A stretch of 64,000 bases of DNA from Candidatus Aenigmatarchaeota archaeon (GCA_016187335.1 JACPJW010000002.1:32510-96509); one strand, 5' to 3'; counted from the first letter of the stretch, positions 37,001-45,579 are shown. The notes: generated by a model from the sequence alone, not told the origin. Numbers and translations are program-made.

Positions 37001-38625
37001 CCGTTCGTGTAGCCGTCAGCAGGCACAAAAATATTCGTTATCTCGCTCTGCCCGCCGCCGATGAAGTCCATCGGCGTTATCTTTGTGACATTGAAATTGG
37101 TAATCGAGCTTCCTGCAACGGCCGCGCCGCTTGCGGACAGGTTGCGCACCGAGAATTCAAAAGTTGCGTTGTCCCCAGGCATCAGAAATGACAGGAACTC
37201 TTTGCCACCTCCCAGCGATGACACAGGGCTCGGCTTCAGTATGTACGATTGCACGGCGAAATATCCCGTGGCAGCAACGGACATGTTGTTTGTCTGGTTT
37301 GCACCTACTGTTGCATTTACCGTCATCGAATAGATGCCGTCGGTGTTCGGCGCCGCGAACCTTATCTTGCACACGGTTTGTCCCGCGAAAAGATTTGTCG
37401 TTTTATTTGCTAATGCTATTGTAGGCACTGGTTCTGTGCTGCCATTGAGCACGTTCTTCAGCTCCACTGCCCTTAACGCAGTGCAGTTGACATCCGTGCC
37501 GCTGTTTGTAGTTATGCTCCCGTTGAGCAAAATGTCGTTGCCGCTGCTTAAATTGAAAATCAGAACATTGAACTCCACGTTGCCGCCTTTCTGGAAGGCT
37601 GACTGCGAGCCGAAGTCAAAGAAGAAGTCCTTGACTATTTCCATCTTGCCTTCAAGCGCCTGCACGGTCGCTGACGATGTTGACTTGACAATTTTTCCGG
37701 AAGCATTAGCCACGATTTCTATCTTGTACTCGCCCGCAAAGCTGCCGAACTGGCTCGTGTTGAATGTTCCGTTATATGTCCCGTCGGTTCCGGTCCCGTT
37801 GTGGGTCAGCGTCATGTTAACGATGGTGCCGTTCGGCAAGGTTATGAAGGCGTTTACTACCGCATTTGTTATCGCGTTGTTCTCGTCCCTGACCTTGCCC
37901 AGGATTGTTATGCTCTCTCCCTGGCCGAATGACGTTGCCGTGGAATTCGCCGTGTCCTGGATATTTGCAACAGCCACTACCGACGATTTGACCAGGAATA
38001 TGGTTACGCCAACGCCCTCGTCAAAGAAGATTACGTATCTGCCGTCGGCTGCGGCGGGCACGGTTATGTTGTATAAAATTGTGTTCGTGTTTATGCTCGT
38101 GGTCAGGTTTGCTATGCCCCATCCCGTGGAAACTAAGCCGTTCGGGTTGAATATCGACAGGTTCGGGACAGTCGGCGATGTTCCCACGAACGAAACGTTT
38201 AATTCGAAGTAGGAGCCGTTTGCGAAAGGCGGCCTCTTGTTGGTGAAGTTGAAAGTGGCATTAGCGAGAGAACCCACCTTTATCTCAATGTTTTCCCTGA
38301 TTACCGTTCCGTTATTCAGGGTTACGTTAAGGCTTACGTTGTATCTTCCTGTTGTGTTCGGCGTCGTGACATTGAATTCATAGAATCCTAGGCTGGAGAA
38401 GTTGGCGGAAAAAACGGTGAAATTTGAGCTGCCCAGATACCCCGTGACGTTTGTATAATTGCCCAGGGACGAATTGTCAAATTTTATGTACCCCTTCACC
38501 GTCAGGTTTGTGCCGTTGCGCGTGTAAAGCTTCGCGTCGGCGTCAATGTAGTCGGCGAAAGCCAGAGAACTTGCCAAAAGAACTAAAAATACTGTGAACA
38601 TTACGGGAAAATTACTGCGTTTCAT
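34087..38625 (-). CDS. Very large Asn/Thr/Gly-rich secreted glycoprotein (S-layer/adhesin-like)
   Basis: Likely start MKRSNFPVMF at 38625 with signal peptide; very many N-x-S/T sequons; beta-rich repeats. Confidence 0.82.
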   Translation of the reverse strand: MKRSNFPVMFTVFLVLLASSLAFADYIDADAKLYTRNGTNLTVKGYIKFDNSSLGNYTNVTGYLGSSNFTVFSANFSSLGFYEFNVTTPNTTGRYNVSLNVTLNNGTVIRENIEIKVGSLANATFNFTNKRPPFANGSYFELNVSFVGTSPTVPNLSIFNPNGLVSTGWGIANLTTSINTNTILYNITVPAAADGRYVIFFDEGVGVTIFLVKSSVVAVANIQDTANSTATSFGQGESITILGKVRDENNAITNAVVNAFITLPNGTIVNMTLTHNGTGTDGTYNGTFNTSQFGSFAGEYKIEIVANASGKIVKSTSSATVQALEGKMEIVKDFFFDFGSQSAFQKGGNVEFNVLIFNLSSGNDILLNGSITTNSGTDVNCTALRAVELKNVLNGSTEPVPTIALANKTTNLFAGQTVCKIRFAAPNTDGIYSMTVNATVGANQTNNMSVAATGYFAVQSYILKPSPVSSLGGGKEFLSFLMPGDNATFEFSVRNLSASGAAVAGSSITNFNVTKITPMDFIGGGQSEITNIFVPADGYTNGTATANPKLKLKLPENRTGPFQIEFQATVANSTIIRGTAFYFARYVEGFVFPDSFGGGFDAGPGGGPGESPGGNFEGGNFRCSGLQNFSARIFDVRTRGAARNVVFNSIQEVREELTGRSVASSVALASSAATDSNGVGNMTLNFSGSLSGFHFMLVNITTADGKYDTLPGGFECRQLSFFPQIAAVGSTGTGGSFVAPTSLLNITISGVKNLNTRNSTVNGTVSIVRLESFDPSRGPKFVPGLVTTYNITNGVVNFNLSATAFSSLGGKWFNGFNNLIIRVCDDNNNTNAADDVCDTSFGGFMVVAFDAFPDFQSGNPQQALTAGQAVTYNIMARTNVTTSLLNFTVQVGLPWEGSIQDATITNYSKKSDGWNNSAHIGWNDFERWNVTFTVPSNLRKGFNMIIIKVHNYLNESVDVMMFGTASKLSIAVPDTEGALMSNFGVEADGSDATNVTNFYNNHKVVLTAINASFKSTTSKSGRVCVINSFNVTRFGMGGDQRITYNATTTLVALDNATAGVYDTLVINNSNRIAVVNANNRSLASAGFGGLYLVKVEECGYVKLLNSTITESDRGSGFGGQHAVNTIATIPFVVKQGTAAKPSVIMDVFQMIQQEDFGGGRGGFGFKDFLPASNFTKTAATTDANGVAFLQLNVSKSGLYSIMWNFTDGSDSDIADFSEGVPIEVKAFRTDLDSGTSGYAPHVITLTRTANNATYNATITGETFYLGTWNESTQGDIVNSSSSSEFYYFALRNATQAGGYAFGGPLTPIAGGHLTELVIDDDSHLNTNNTMVDVGSPPAFGNWTAQIAFSPQDAYKVDGNQTVNSTVMKIILGKRNEGSPTTVIASNSATDSRNITVRACAFTYSRPETPLIGANVTNVTTQSFSFNGPPTTENLTMFDPFTNSVTLSVLTGPSGCAAFNVTRTGGWRSGMPNEIKGAITSGGSTEQAFLGNVFVCQGCSFGSGGGGGGGPAP

Positions 38626-38789
38626 TCCATCACTTGAAAATAATGCTAACAAAAGATGGTTTTGGGCGGTATAAATAGTTTTTAAACTACGCCGGAAAAG
38701 AAAAAAGTATGAATTTATCATACTTAAAACCGGAGCGGAAAAATCCGGATTCTTCCGCGCCTTTAATTATCTGAAAGCAAAATGTAATC

Positions 38790-40202
38790 ATGCTCCGACC
38801 CGCGCGCCTGGTGAAGCTGTACTGCTTCTTTCCGAAAAAATCTGCCGGTGTAGTCGCCGAAAGGCTTCAGGACATCGGACTTGTGCACCTGTTTGACATA
38901 AAGGAAGAGGACCGCTCCCTGAGGCCGCTGGCTGCTGCAAGCAGAAAAGAATCCGGTGAATTGAAAGAAAAACTGAAAAAATATTTGGCCGGGATGAAAA
39001 AAGAAAAGCCTCTTGAAATGCTGATAGGCCCCGGATACGTTGAACTGGGCAAAAAGAAAGACGCCGAGCTTATTGGAGAGGCAAAAAGCCTTGTGAAAGA
39101 AATTGAGAAAAGCGGGGATGGCGGAAGAAAGAGGCTCTACAGCAGGGTGCTGTCCGTGGCCGAAAGCCTTGAAGACCTTGAAAAAAGGCTTGACGCCATG
39201 GAAAAATTCGGTTCGACGCAGCGGACAGCTTCTTTCGCCTGCTTTGTGAAAGAAGAAAATGTGCCCGACGTCACGAACACCCTTGACGCAGTGGCAAAAG
39301 GCAAGTTCGCCTTTGAAGTGAAAAAAGCCGGCGATAAAGCCCCGACGCTGCTTGACAATGCAGCAATTGTAAAGCCCTTTGAAATCCTGACGGAAAGCTA
39401 CGGGATGCCGCCGTATAATGGGTTTGACCCGACCTTGCTGCTGGCAGTGACGTTCACGCTGTTCTTCGGCATCATGTTTCCCGACGCAGGCTACGGAGCT
39501 GTCATCGCGGCGATGAGCGCCCTGGCGTATTATATAACAAGGAAGGCGTCAAGATTCGCCAGAAATTTAAACATCATACTGGTTTATTGCGGGCTTTCCT
39601 CAGTTGTCTTTGGCCTTTTTTTCGGCGAGCTTTTCGGTGTAAAAATACAGCCAATCCTTTTTGAGCCGACAAGGGACCTGATAGCGATATTCCTGATTTC
39701 AATAATCATAGGCATTGTCCACCTTTCTGCCAGTCTTGCATCAAGAGCGGCTGTGGAAAAGGAAAAGATTTATTCCCTTAGTGTCCTGGCTGCTCTCTGG
39801 TCTGCCGTGCTGTTCGCCTACTCAAGAGAAATGATTTATTTGGGATTGTTCGCCGCGGCTTTTGCCGTAATGCTCCACAAAAAGGGATTTTACGCTGCGA
39901 AGGATATTGCGGGGATTTTCACGAGAATCCTGTCCTACCTGAGAATAGGAATCCTGAGCATAGCCCACATATCGGTGTCAAGGGTTTTCGTGAACATAGC
40001 AATAAGCGCGCCGAAAACCCTTGAAGGGGTATTGCTTGCGGCGTTCCTCATAGTAATCGGCGTGTCCCTCTCGTTTGCCATAGGCGTCGCCGTCGTGTTC
40101 CTTCAGTCGCTGCGCCTCGAGTGGCTTGAGTTCTTCGGCGAGCTGGAAATGGGCGGCACAAAGTTCGAGCCGTTCCGCCGCAGGAAGGAATATTTGTATT
40201 AG
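38790..40202 (+). CDS. atpI: V/A-type ATPase subunit I (a)-like protein, shortened and isolated
   Basis: FGIMFPDAGYG, LSYLR, LRLEWLEFF..GGTKFEPF; short N-terminal domain. Confidence 0.85.
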   Translation: MLRPARLVKLYCFFPKKSAGVVAERLQDIGLVHLFDIKEEDRSLRPLAAASRKESGELKEKLKKYLAGMKKEKPLEMLIGPGYVELGKKKDAELIGEAKSLVKEIEKSGDGGRKRLYSRVLSVAESLEDLEKRLDAMEKFGSTQRTASFACFVKEENVPDVTNTLDAVAKGKFAFEVKKAGDKAPTLLDNAAIVKPFEILTESYGMPPYNGFDPTLLLAVTFTLFFGIMFPDAGYGAVIAAMSALAYYITRKASRFARNLNIILVYCGLSSVVFGLFFGELFGVKIQPILFEPTRDLIAIFLISIIIGIVHLSASLASRAAVEKEKIYSLSVLAALWSAVLFAYSREMIYLGLFAAAFAVMLHKKGFYAAKDIAGIFTRILSYLRIGILSIAHISVSRVFVNIAISAPKTLEGVLLAAFLIVIGVSLSFAIGVAVVFLQSLRLEWLEFFGELEMGGTKFEPFRRRKEYLY

Positions 40203-40221
40203 GAGGAATATTTGTATTAGG
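40186..40221 (+). repeat. Perfect 18-bp tandem duplication AGGAATATTTGTATTAGG x2
   Basis: Copies at 40186-40203 and 40204-40221; includes the atpI stop codon. Confidence 0.9.
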
Positions 40222-40261
40222 ATTTGCTCAAGATATGTTACATAATATCACGCAAATCCTA

Positions 40262-40309
40262 TATAGAGAATTGCGTTTCGATGTAGCATAATCAACGCAA
40301 TTCTCTATA
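40262..40309. repeat. Perfect 16-bp inverted repeat with 16-nt spacer
   Basis: TATAGAGAATTGCGTT (40262-40277) / AACGCAATTCTCTATA (40294-40309), intergenic. Confidence 0.9.
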
Positions 40310-40427
40310 CTCAAAGACATTAATTTTTGTACAAATAATGTCTTTGGTATATCTGAATGACATTATAATATGTTCAATAAATTATGTCATTCAGTATATA
40401 TTAAAGATTTCCTGCGCATTGCTAATT

Positions 40428-40844
40428 GTGATAACAAAAATTCTCGTGCCGACGGACGGTTCCGTGTTTTCGCGCAAGGCCTCAAAGCTTGCCATAGACA
40501 TAGCCAAAGCCGCAGGCGCCGAAGTCGTCGCCGTGCATGTAATAGAGGTGAAACCGCCCAAGCTTCTGGAAGGAGCCGACATAGAAAAGCTGAAATCAAA
40601 ACAAGCAGACGTATGCTTCAGGGATTTCGAGGAAGAGGCAAAGAAATCCGGCGTTGCCTTTGATTCGCGGATGCTGGTTTCCAGAAGCGTTTCAAAAACA
40701 ATAATTGAATACATAGACGCGGAAAGCCCCGACATCGTTGTGATGGGCTCCAAGGGCCTTACGGGCCTGAAGAAGATAATGATGGGCAGCGTGACAACGG
40801 CGGTCCTGGAAAAAACTGCCGTGCCGCTGCTCGTGGTGAAGTAA
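40428..40844 (+). CDS. Universal stress protein (UspA family)
   Basis: KILVPTDGS, VVAVHV, DIVVMGSKG..MMGSVT..V; start moved to GTG 40428. Confidence 0.93.
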   Translation: MITKILVPTDGSVFSRKASKLAIDIAKAAGAEVVAVHVIEVKPPKLLEGADIEKLKSKQADVCFRDFEEEAKKSGVAFDSRMLVSRSVSKTIIEYIDAESPDIVVMGSKGLTGLKKIMMGSVTTAVLEKTAVPLLVVK

Positions 40845-40882
40845 ACTTTTTCTCGATGCTGTCGCGGCATTCGCTTTCCGTC

Positions 40883-41986
40883 TTACTTAAGCATGTAGTC
40901 ATCAATATTCTTCTTTGCCTTCTCCCTTTTCTTTTTGTGGTCTTTCAGGAACGCCGCTAATTTCTTTATCAACAGTTCCTTCACTTCGCCCGTGAACATC
41001 GAGCCGTTCCTGTAATTGCTGAAAATTTCTGAGATTTTTTTGTCGCTTTCCTCAAAGAGAAAATACAGGTACTGGCACGCCACGTCCACGTCAGGGTTGC
41101 CGCCCTTCTCCTTGTGTTCCTGTAATGTCCTTCCTCCGCCGGAAAATGCCGAGCGTATTTTTTTCGCGGCTGTCTCCGGGCTGTCGCTGAGAAATATGCA
41201 AGTCTCAGGCTTGCTCCCGCTCATTTTTCCGCCCTGCAGGCCCGGCATGAACTTGTGGTATGTCGATGACGGCTTCACCATGCCGACCTTCTCTGCCAAA
41301 TCACGCGACAGCCGCATGTAAGGGTCCTGGTCGATGCCTATTGGAACCACGGTCGGTTTCGGCCCGCCAAAATCCTGCAGTTGCGGCAGCAGGATGTGCG
41401 CTGCTTGCACGATAGTGTAGAAAATAGCGCCCGGGTTCGTCTCGTTGTCAAAGCCGAATATGGCTTTGATAGTGGAAAATGTCGTGCGCGTCGATAATTT
41501 CACAGCCAGCTCATAAACCCGCTTCTCCTCCGTGGAAACGAAAATGTGCGTCCTGCCTTTCTTGAAGCCTAAAGCAATTATGTCTGGTATCACTTGTTCA
41601 TAGGCAATCTGCGTAGCCTTTTCCAGCGAAGCCTGCTTTTTGAAAACGTAAGTCTCGTCGTTGCTTATTGGAATGAAAACGTCCGCGCCCATATCCTGGA
41701 AGAACAATGCCTGCTTCAGGAACAGCAGGTTTCCCAGATGCGGCGGCCCGCTCGGATTAAAGCCGGTCAGCACAGCGAACCTTTTCTTATTCATGATGGA
41801 ATCGTAGATGCGCTGGAAATTCCTGTGCGCGAACACGATGCCGCGCCTGTACATGGGCGGAAGCTTCTTCCTGTCCATTTTTTTCATGAATTCATCTATC
41901 GGCTCGACGCCGAATTCTTTCATTAAAGCATCGTAGTCTACTTCCCCTTCCACGCCTGAAACGGTTACTTTTGCCATTAGAATCAC
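40883..41986 (-). CDS. trpS: Tryptophanyl-tRNA synthetase (archaeal type)
   Basis: VDYDALMKEFG, TGFNPSGPPHLGN, VVPIGIDQDPY, KMSGS. Confidence 0.96.
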   Translation of the reverse strand: MILMAKVTVSGVEGEVDYDALMKEFGVEPIDEFMKKMDRKKLPPMYRRGIVFAHRNFQRIYDSIMNKKRFAVLTGFNPSGPPHLGNLLFLKQALFFQDMGADVFIPISNDETYVFKKQASLEKATQIAYEQVIPDIIALGFKKGRTHIFVSTEEKRVYELAVKLSTRTTFSTIKAIFGFDNETNPGAIFYTIVQAAHILLPQLQDFGGPKPTVVPIGIDQDPYMRLSRDLAEKVGMVKPSSTYHKFMPGLQGGKMSGSKPETCIFLSDSPETAAKKIRSAFSGGGRTLQEHKEKGGNPDVDVACQYLYFLFEESDKKISEIFSNYRNGSMFTGEVKELLIKKLAAFLKDHKKKREKAKKNIDDYMLK

Positions 41987-42018
41987 TATGTTATTGTTGT
42001 TTATGGTTTTTATTTGGT

Positions 42019-42705
42019 TTAATGGTTCATCTGATGGTATACAGACTCCAGAAGTATTTCCATGCTGTCAATGATTTGGACGCCAAAGTCATTCTTTAAT
42101 ACAAGCTGGAGGTCTGTGCACCCCAGAACTATTGCCTCTGAGCCCCTTCCTTTCAGGTTTCTGATTACTGCTTCCATTGTATTAATATCATCATCCGAAA
42201 CCCTGTTTTCCAGTATCTGAACTATTATTCTGGATATTTCTTCCTGCTCGTCTTTTTCAGGCAGGATAACCTTTATGCCGTTGTTCTCCACCGGAATTTC
42301 GTATAGTTTGCTTTCTATTGTCTTGGCGGTTGCAAGCAGCCCGACCTTTTCAAGATTGTTTTCCTTCACGGCACTGATGGTTTCGTCTATTATGCTCAAA
42401 ATCGGCGCTCTGGATTCTTTTCTCAATTCATCTATGAAAATATGCACAGTGTTGCATGGAATTGCTATGAAATCCACTCGGCTGTAATTAAGTCTTTTGA
42501 TGCTTTCCTTGAGAAAAGGCAGCAGTCTGCCTTCATTCACGGAATTCTGTATTATATCTCTTTCCAGATGGAAGGGGAACGGAACGTTGTCTATGATTAT
42601 CGATGGATACGAATCACCGTTGTTCCTGAATTTTTTTATCAGTTCCAGATAAAATTCCGCGGTCGTTTCGGGACCCAGACCGCCGACTATTCCTACGGAT
42701 TTCAT
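42019..42705 (-). CDS. Aspartate/glutamate racemase
   Basis: VGIVGGLGPETT, IPCNTVH and LGCTDL (both catalytic Cys), GLLAT; ATG 42705 overlaps the upstream TGA. Confidence 0.9.
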   Translation of the reverse strand: MKSVGIVGGLGPETTAEFYLELIKKFRNNGDSYPSIIIDNVPFPFHLERDIIQNSVNEGRLLPFLKESIKRLNYSRVDFIAIPCNTVHIFIDELRKESRAPILSIIDETISAVKENNLEKVGLLATAKTIESKLYEIPVENNGIKVILPEKDEQEEISRIIVQILENRVSDDDINTMEAVIRNLKGRGSEAIVLGCTDLQLVLKNDFGVQIIDSMEILLESVYHQMNH

Positions 42706-43604
42706 ATTAACGCCCTCTGGTAAGGTTCCAGGATATTCTGCACAACAAGGCGCTGAGCGGTTTTTTTCAGCTTGTTGCCGTTCATGGAGTTTATCTGCTC
42801 TTCCGCAAGGCATTCTACCCCTCTCATGTAACCTGCAACGGAAGCGACCCTCAGGAAATAGCGCAAAGCCTGGTCGTTGGCCATGGAAAGCTTTGTCAGG
42901 GCTTTCCGATGATTAAAATCATAGTCTTCAAGAAAAATTCTCTGCCCGATTTCTCCGTTCTCCCCGTTTCCCCTGTCGCCCGGTATATAATGCACAACTT
43001 TCTGCGGCTCTCTCGTGTCCAGAGCATACGCATCGGTCAGATAAGCGAAATATAACGGCAGGCCTATTTTTCTCATTATAAAATCGTAAGCTGTTTCCTG
43101 GGAAGGCCCGACTTTCACCTCTATTCCTCTTGTCCTGTTGAGGAAAGCCGTGCACGCGATTTCATTGAGCGGGTAATTTATCGCATCGTCCATAAATTTT
43201 CGTCTTTTGGGAACGGTTTCCAGAAGAAATCCTTCCATTCCGCAATCCAGCACCCGGCTGTGCATTTCCATGACAACTGACTTGTATTCCGGCGTCCTCA
43301 TGAAATCAGAAGAAACGATTATTTCAGGAAAAAATCCGTAAACGTCGCCCAGCCTTTTCAGCGCCTCCTGCGTCTGCCCCAGATAAAAGGCAACTTCCTC
43401 TTCGGGCACACTATTGAAACGCTGGAACTCATCAACAAGCAGCAGGTGGTATTTTCCCGCCTCGCGTCCCGCCAGAAAAACGGTCGCTACATCTATCGGC
43501 ACTCTCTGGCCGTAATTCATGCCGAGAAACGCCGATTTCTGCGCCAAATCAATCCCGATAGGGTCCGTGGATTGTACAAGGCTCGGCGGTTTTGTTTCGT
43601 TCAT
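42702..43604 (-). CDS. Divergent TyrRS-like (class Ic fold) protein lacking HIGH/KMSKS
   Basis: Colinear by-eye similarity to archaeal TyrRS: KSAFLG, LLLVD..FN, SSDF..EY, YPLNE, VKVGP, RIFLED, C-terminal KLKK..NILEPYQRAL. Confidence 0.6.
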   Translation of the reverse strand: MNETKPPSLVQSTDPIGIDLAQKSAFLGMNYGQRVPIDVATVFLAGREAGKYHLLLVDEFQRFNSVPEEEVAFYLGQTQEALKRLGDVYGFFPEIIVSSDFMRTPEYKSVVMEMHSRVLDCGMEGFLLETVPKRRKFMDDAINYPLNEIACTAFLNRTRGIEVKVGPSQETAYDFIMRKIGLPLYFAYLTDAYALDTREPQKVVHYIPGDRGNGENGEIGQRIFLEDYDFNHRKALTKLSMANDQALRYFLRVASVAGYMRGVECLAEEQINSMNGNKLKKTAQRLVVQNILEPYQRALI

Positions 43605-44048
43605 TTTTCATCGCCTATCGTAGTTTTTCAAAATATGATGAACCAGATAATCCGGCAGAAGCCCCGCTCTCCCTCTCATCCTGATTTTAACGGATTGCCC
43701 TTCCATTTTAGAAAGCGTTTCTAATTTTTCTCGAGGAAATATGTCATTACCAGATAGAAGAATTGCTGATAATTCATCATGATAACTAGCTACAGGTTTT
43801 CTCTCGCAAGCAAAATACATGCCAGTAAATGTCCTTCCTGTTTGTATTTCTGTAGCTTCGATTGATACTTTTCTTCCGTTGGTGGTGGAATAACTCGTAA
43901 TATCAAATGGAGAAAGTTTTCCTCCTGTAGGCACTGCATAACTAACCTTCATTTCCTGTCCTACATCAACCTTGTCTAACCTCAAAGTTCTCTCTGGTCC
44001 AACAAGGATATTCAGAAGTGTACTAGCTAGTGCCATTTTTCATCGCCT
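43602..44048. repeat. 15-bp direct repeat CATTTTTCATCGCCT at 43602-43616 and 44034-44048
   Basis: Identical junction AGGCGA-TGA-AAA-ATG (minus strand) on both sides of the 142-aa gene. Confidence 0.9.
43608..44036 (-). CDS. AT-rich hypothetical protein flanked by 15-bp direct repeats
   Basis: 142-aa ORF with 3-nt gaps to both neighbours. Confidence 0.65.
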   Translation of the reverse strand: MALASTLLNILVGPERTLRLDKVDVGQEMKVSYAVPTGGKLSPFDITSYSTTNGRKVSIEATEIQTGRTFTGMYFACERKPVASYHDELSAILLSGNDIFPREKLETLSKMEGQSVKIRMRGRAGLLPDYLVHHILKNYDRR

Positions 44049-44267
44049 CAAAAATTCCGACTCATTGTATTCTACCATACCGGCATCCTTCAGTCTGTTC
44101 AGCAATGTTTCGTAGTCACTTTTCGGCAAGCTTGCAAAGTATATGGTTAATGCTTTGATGAAAGCTTCCGGTTTTTCTGAAGGGCTCTCAAATTTGTGCA
44201 CAGAGGCATTGGGTTTAACCCCTATATGATAATCCAAGCTTCCGTCATTGGTTTCCATTACAATCAC
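44040..44267 (-). CDS. Hypothetical protein
   Basis: 75-aa ORF, GAGGTGA SD-like; start could be ATG 44258. Confidence 0.55.
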   Translation of the reverse strand: MIVMETNDGSLDYHIGVKPNASVHKFESPSEKPEAFIKALTIYFASLPKSDYETLLNRLKDAGMVEYNESEFLRR

Positions 44268-44516
44268 CTCGAAAATTCTCGTTCAGAAAATAAACCTTCC
44301 TTCTTCTATCCTGAAAGGAACCTCTGGCAGAAATCAAGCCTAGAGAAACCAGCTGAGCCAAGGCGTACTTTACAGCGCGCTTCGACAACCCCGTTTTGCT
44401 CCGGATATAGCCTTGGCTTATGTCATTACTGATGCCAGGGCGTCGAAGAGCTCCGAGAACTAATTAAATCCAGTATCCTACTTTCCGATTTTGTCAGACT
44501 GATTCCAGGGTTGCAT
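44245..44516 (-). pseudogene. Frameshifted MarR-like winged-HTH remnant
   Basis: One frame gives SLTKSESRILDLISS; another gives ISQGYIRSKTGLSKRAVKYALAQLVSLGLISARGSFQDRRRKVYFL; no in-frame start for either. Confidence 0.6.
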
Positions 44517-44582
44517 CACGATTCACTTCACCTATAATGTAAGTCAGTTTTTAAATGGCTAACGATAGGTGCAAAAATTAAT

Positions 44583-44927
44583 CTAACGCATCGGCAACGC
44601 TGCGTATCTGGTGTCTCTGCTTTCCCACAAAAGCCTTAGGTTCTCCCTGTCCACAGGACTCCACTGAGCGGGGCGCGATTGTTCCAGCGGAAAATGTTTT
44701 CTTGCAATTCTTTCGGCTTCCGCTTTGTCAGGAAGAACTCTGTTATCGCCGTAAGGCCTAATTGCAACCTTTCGAAGATTATAGCCTTGATAGAGACCAG
44801 AAACCGAAAGTCCGTTGTCCAACAGAACCTCTTCAGCACTGAGGGATAGGTTGTCGCCCGGCGTTGTCCGGTTTTTCGGAACCAGTTCCATGGAACCGTT
44901 CTCAAAGGATATTTGGTAGATGCTCAT
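44583..44927 (-). CDS. Hypothetical protein
   Basis: 114-aa ORF in gap. Confidence 0.5.
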   Translation of the reverse strand: MSIYQISFENGSMELVPKNRTTPGDNLSLSAEEVLLDNGLSVSGLYQGYNLRKVAIRPYGDNRVLPDKAEAERIARKHFPLEQSRPAQWSPVDRENLRLLWESRDTRYAALPMR

Positions 44928-45030
44928 GCTGTTATTTTCCCGGTTTTCTTATTAATATTTTCCTGCCAGAAATATTCCAATCGGAATAAAGAAACAAATG
45001 ATTTAAAAGGTTTTCTGTCAAAATTTATTC

Positions 45031-45579
45031 ATGCTTCCGGAAATTGGCGAAATAAAGAGAAGGCGGATGCGACTCGGGCTGAAGCAACTTGAGCTTGCGC
45101 GCGCCAGCAACGTCAGCCAGTCGCTGGTTGCCAAGATAGAATCAGGAAAGCTCAATCCTTCCTATGAAATTGCAAAAAGAATTTTCGCCGCGCTGGACCA
45201 CCACGAGCGCGGAGAGGAAAAGAAAGCGAAGGACATAATGGCGGAGAAGCTGATTTTCGCGAGAAAGACTGATACAGTGAAAGACATTACGACAACGATG
45301 AAGAAGCACGGCATATCGCAGCTGCCTGTGCTGGACAAGAACGCAATTATCGGCAGCATCTCGGAGAAGGCTATAATGGATCACATAGGCAACGGCGGCG
45401 ACGTCAGCAGCCTCAGTGTGGGAAAAATTATGGAAGAACCCTTCCCTACTGTCGGCGAAAGCGCGCCTGTGTCGATGCTGAAGTCCCTGCTGACTCACAG
45501 CCAAGCGGTTGTCGTGATGAAAAATAGCAGGCCCGAAGGCATTATAACCAAGTCGGACTTGCTGAAGATGGCGAGATAG
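45031..45579 (+). CDS. XRE-type HTH plus CBS-pair transcriptional regulator
   Basis: RRMRLGLKQLELARASNVSQSLVAKIESG, then CBS pair (GISQLPV, GIITKSDL). Confidence 0.93.
   Translation: MLPEIGEIKRRRMRLGLKQLELARASNVSQSLVAKIESGKLNPSYEIAKRIFAALDHHERGEEKKAKDIMAEKLIFARKTDTVKDITTTMKKHGISQLPVLDKNAIIGSISEKAIMDHIGNGGDVSSLSVGKIMEEPFPTVGESAPVSMLKSLLTHSQAVVVMKNSRPEGIITKSDLLKMAR

Noticed and set aside
5812-42705. 3D protein plus racemase as a peptidoglycan pathway
   Set aside because: The genes are about 35 kb apart, no Mur ligases, Ddl or PBPs are in the window, and Asp racemases are already known in archaea
44356-44418. AGCCAAGGC/GCCTTGGCT hairpin as an ncRNA
   Set aside because: Lies inside the HTH remnant; a 9-bp stem alone is insufficient evidence
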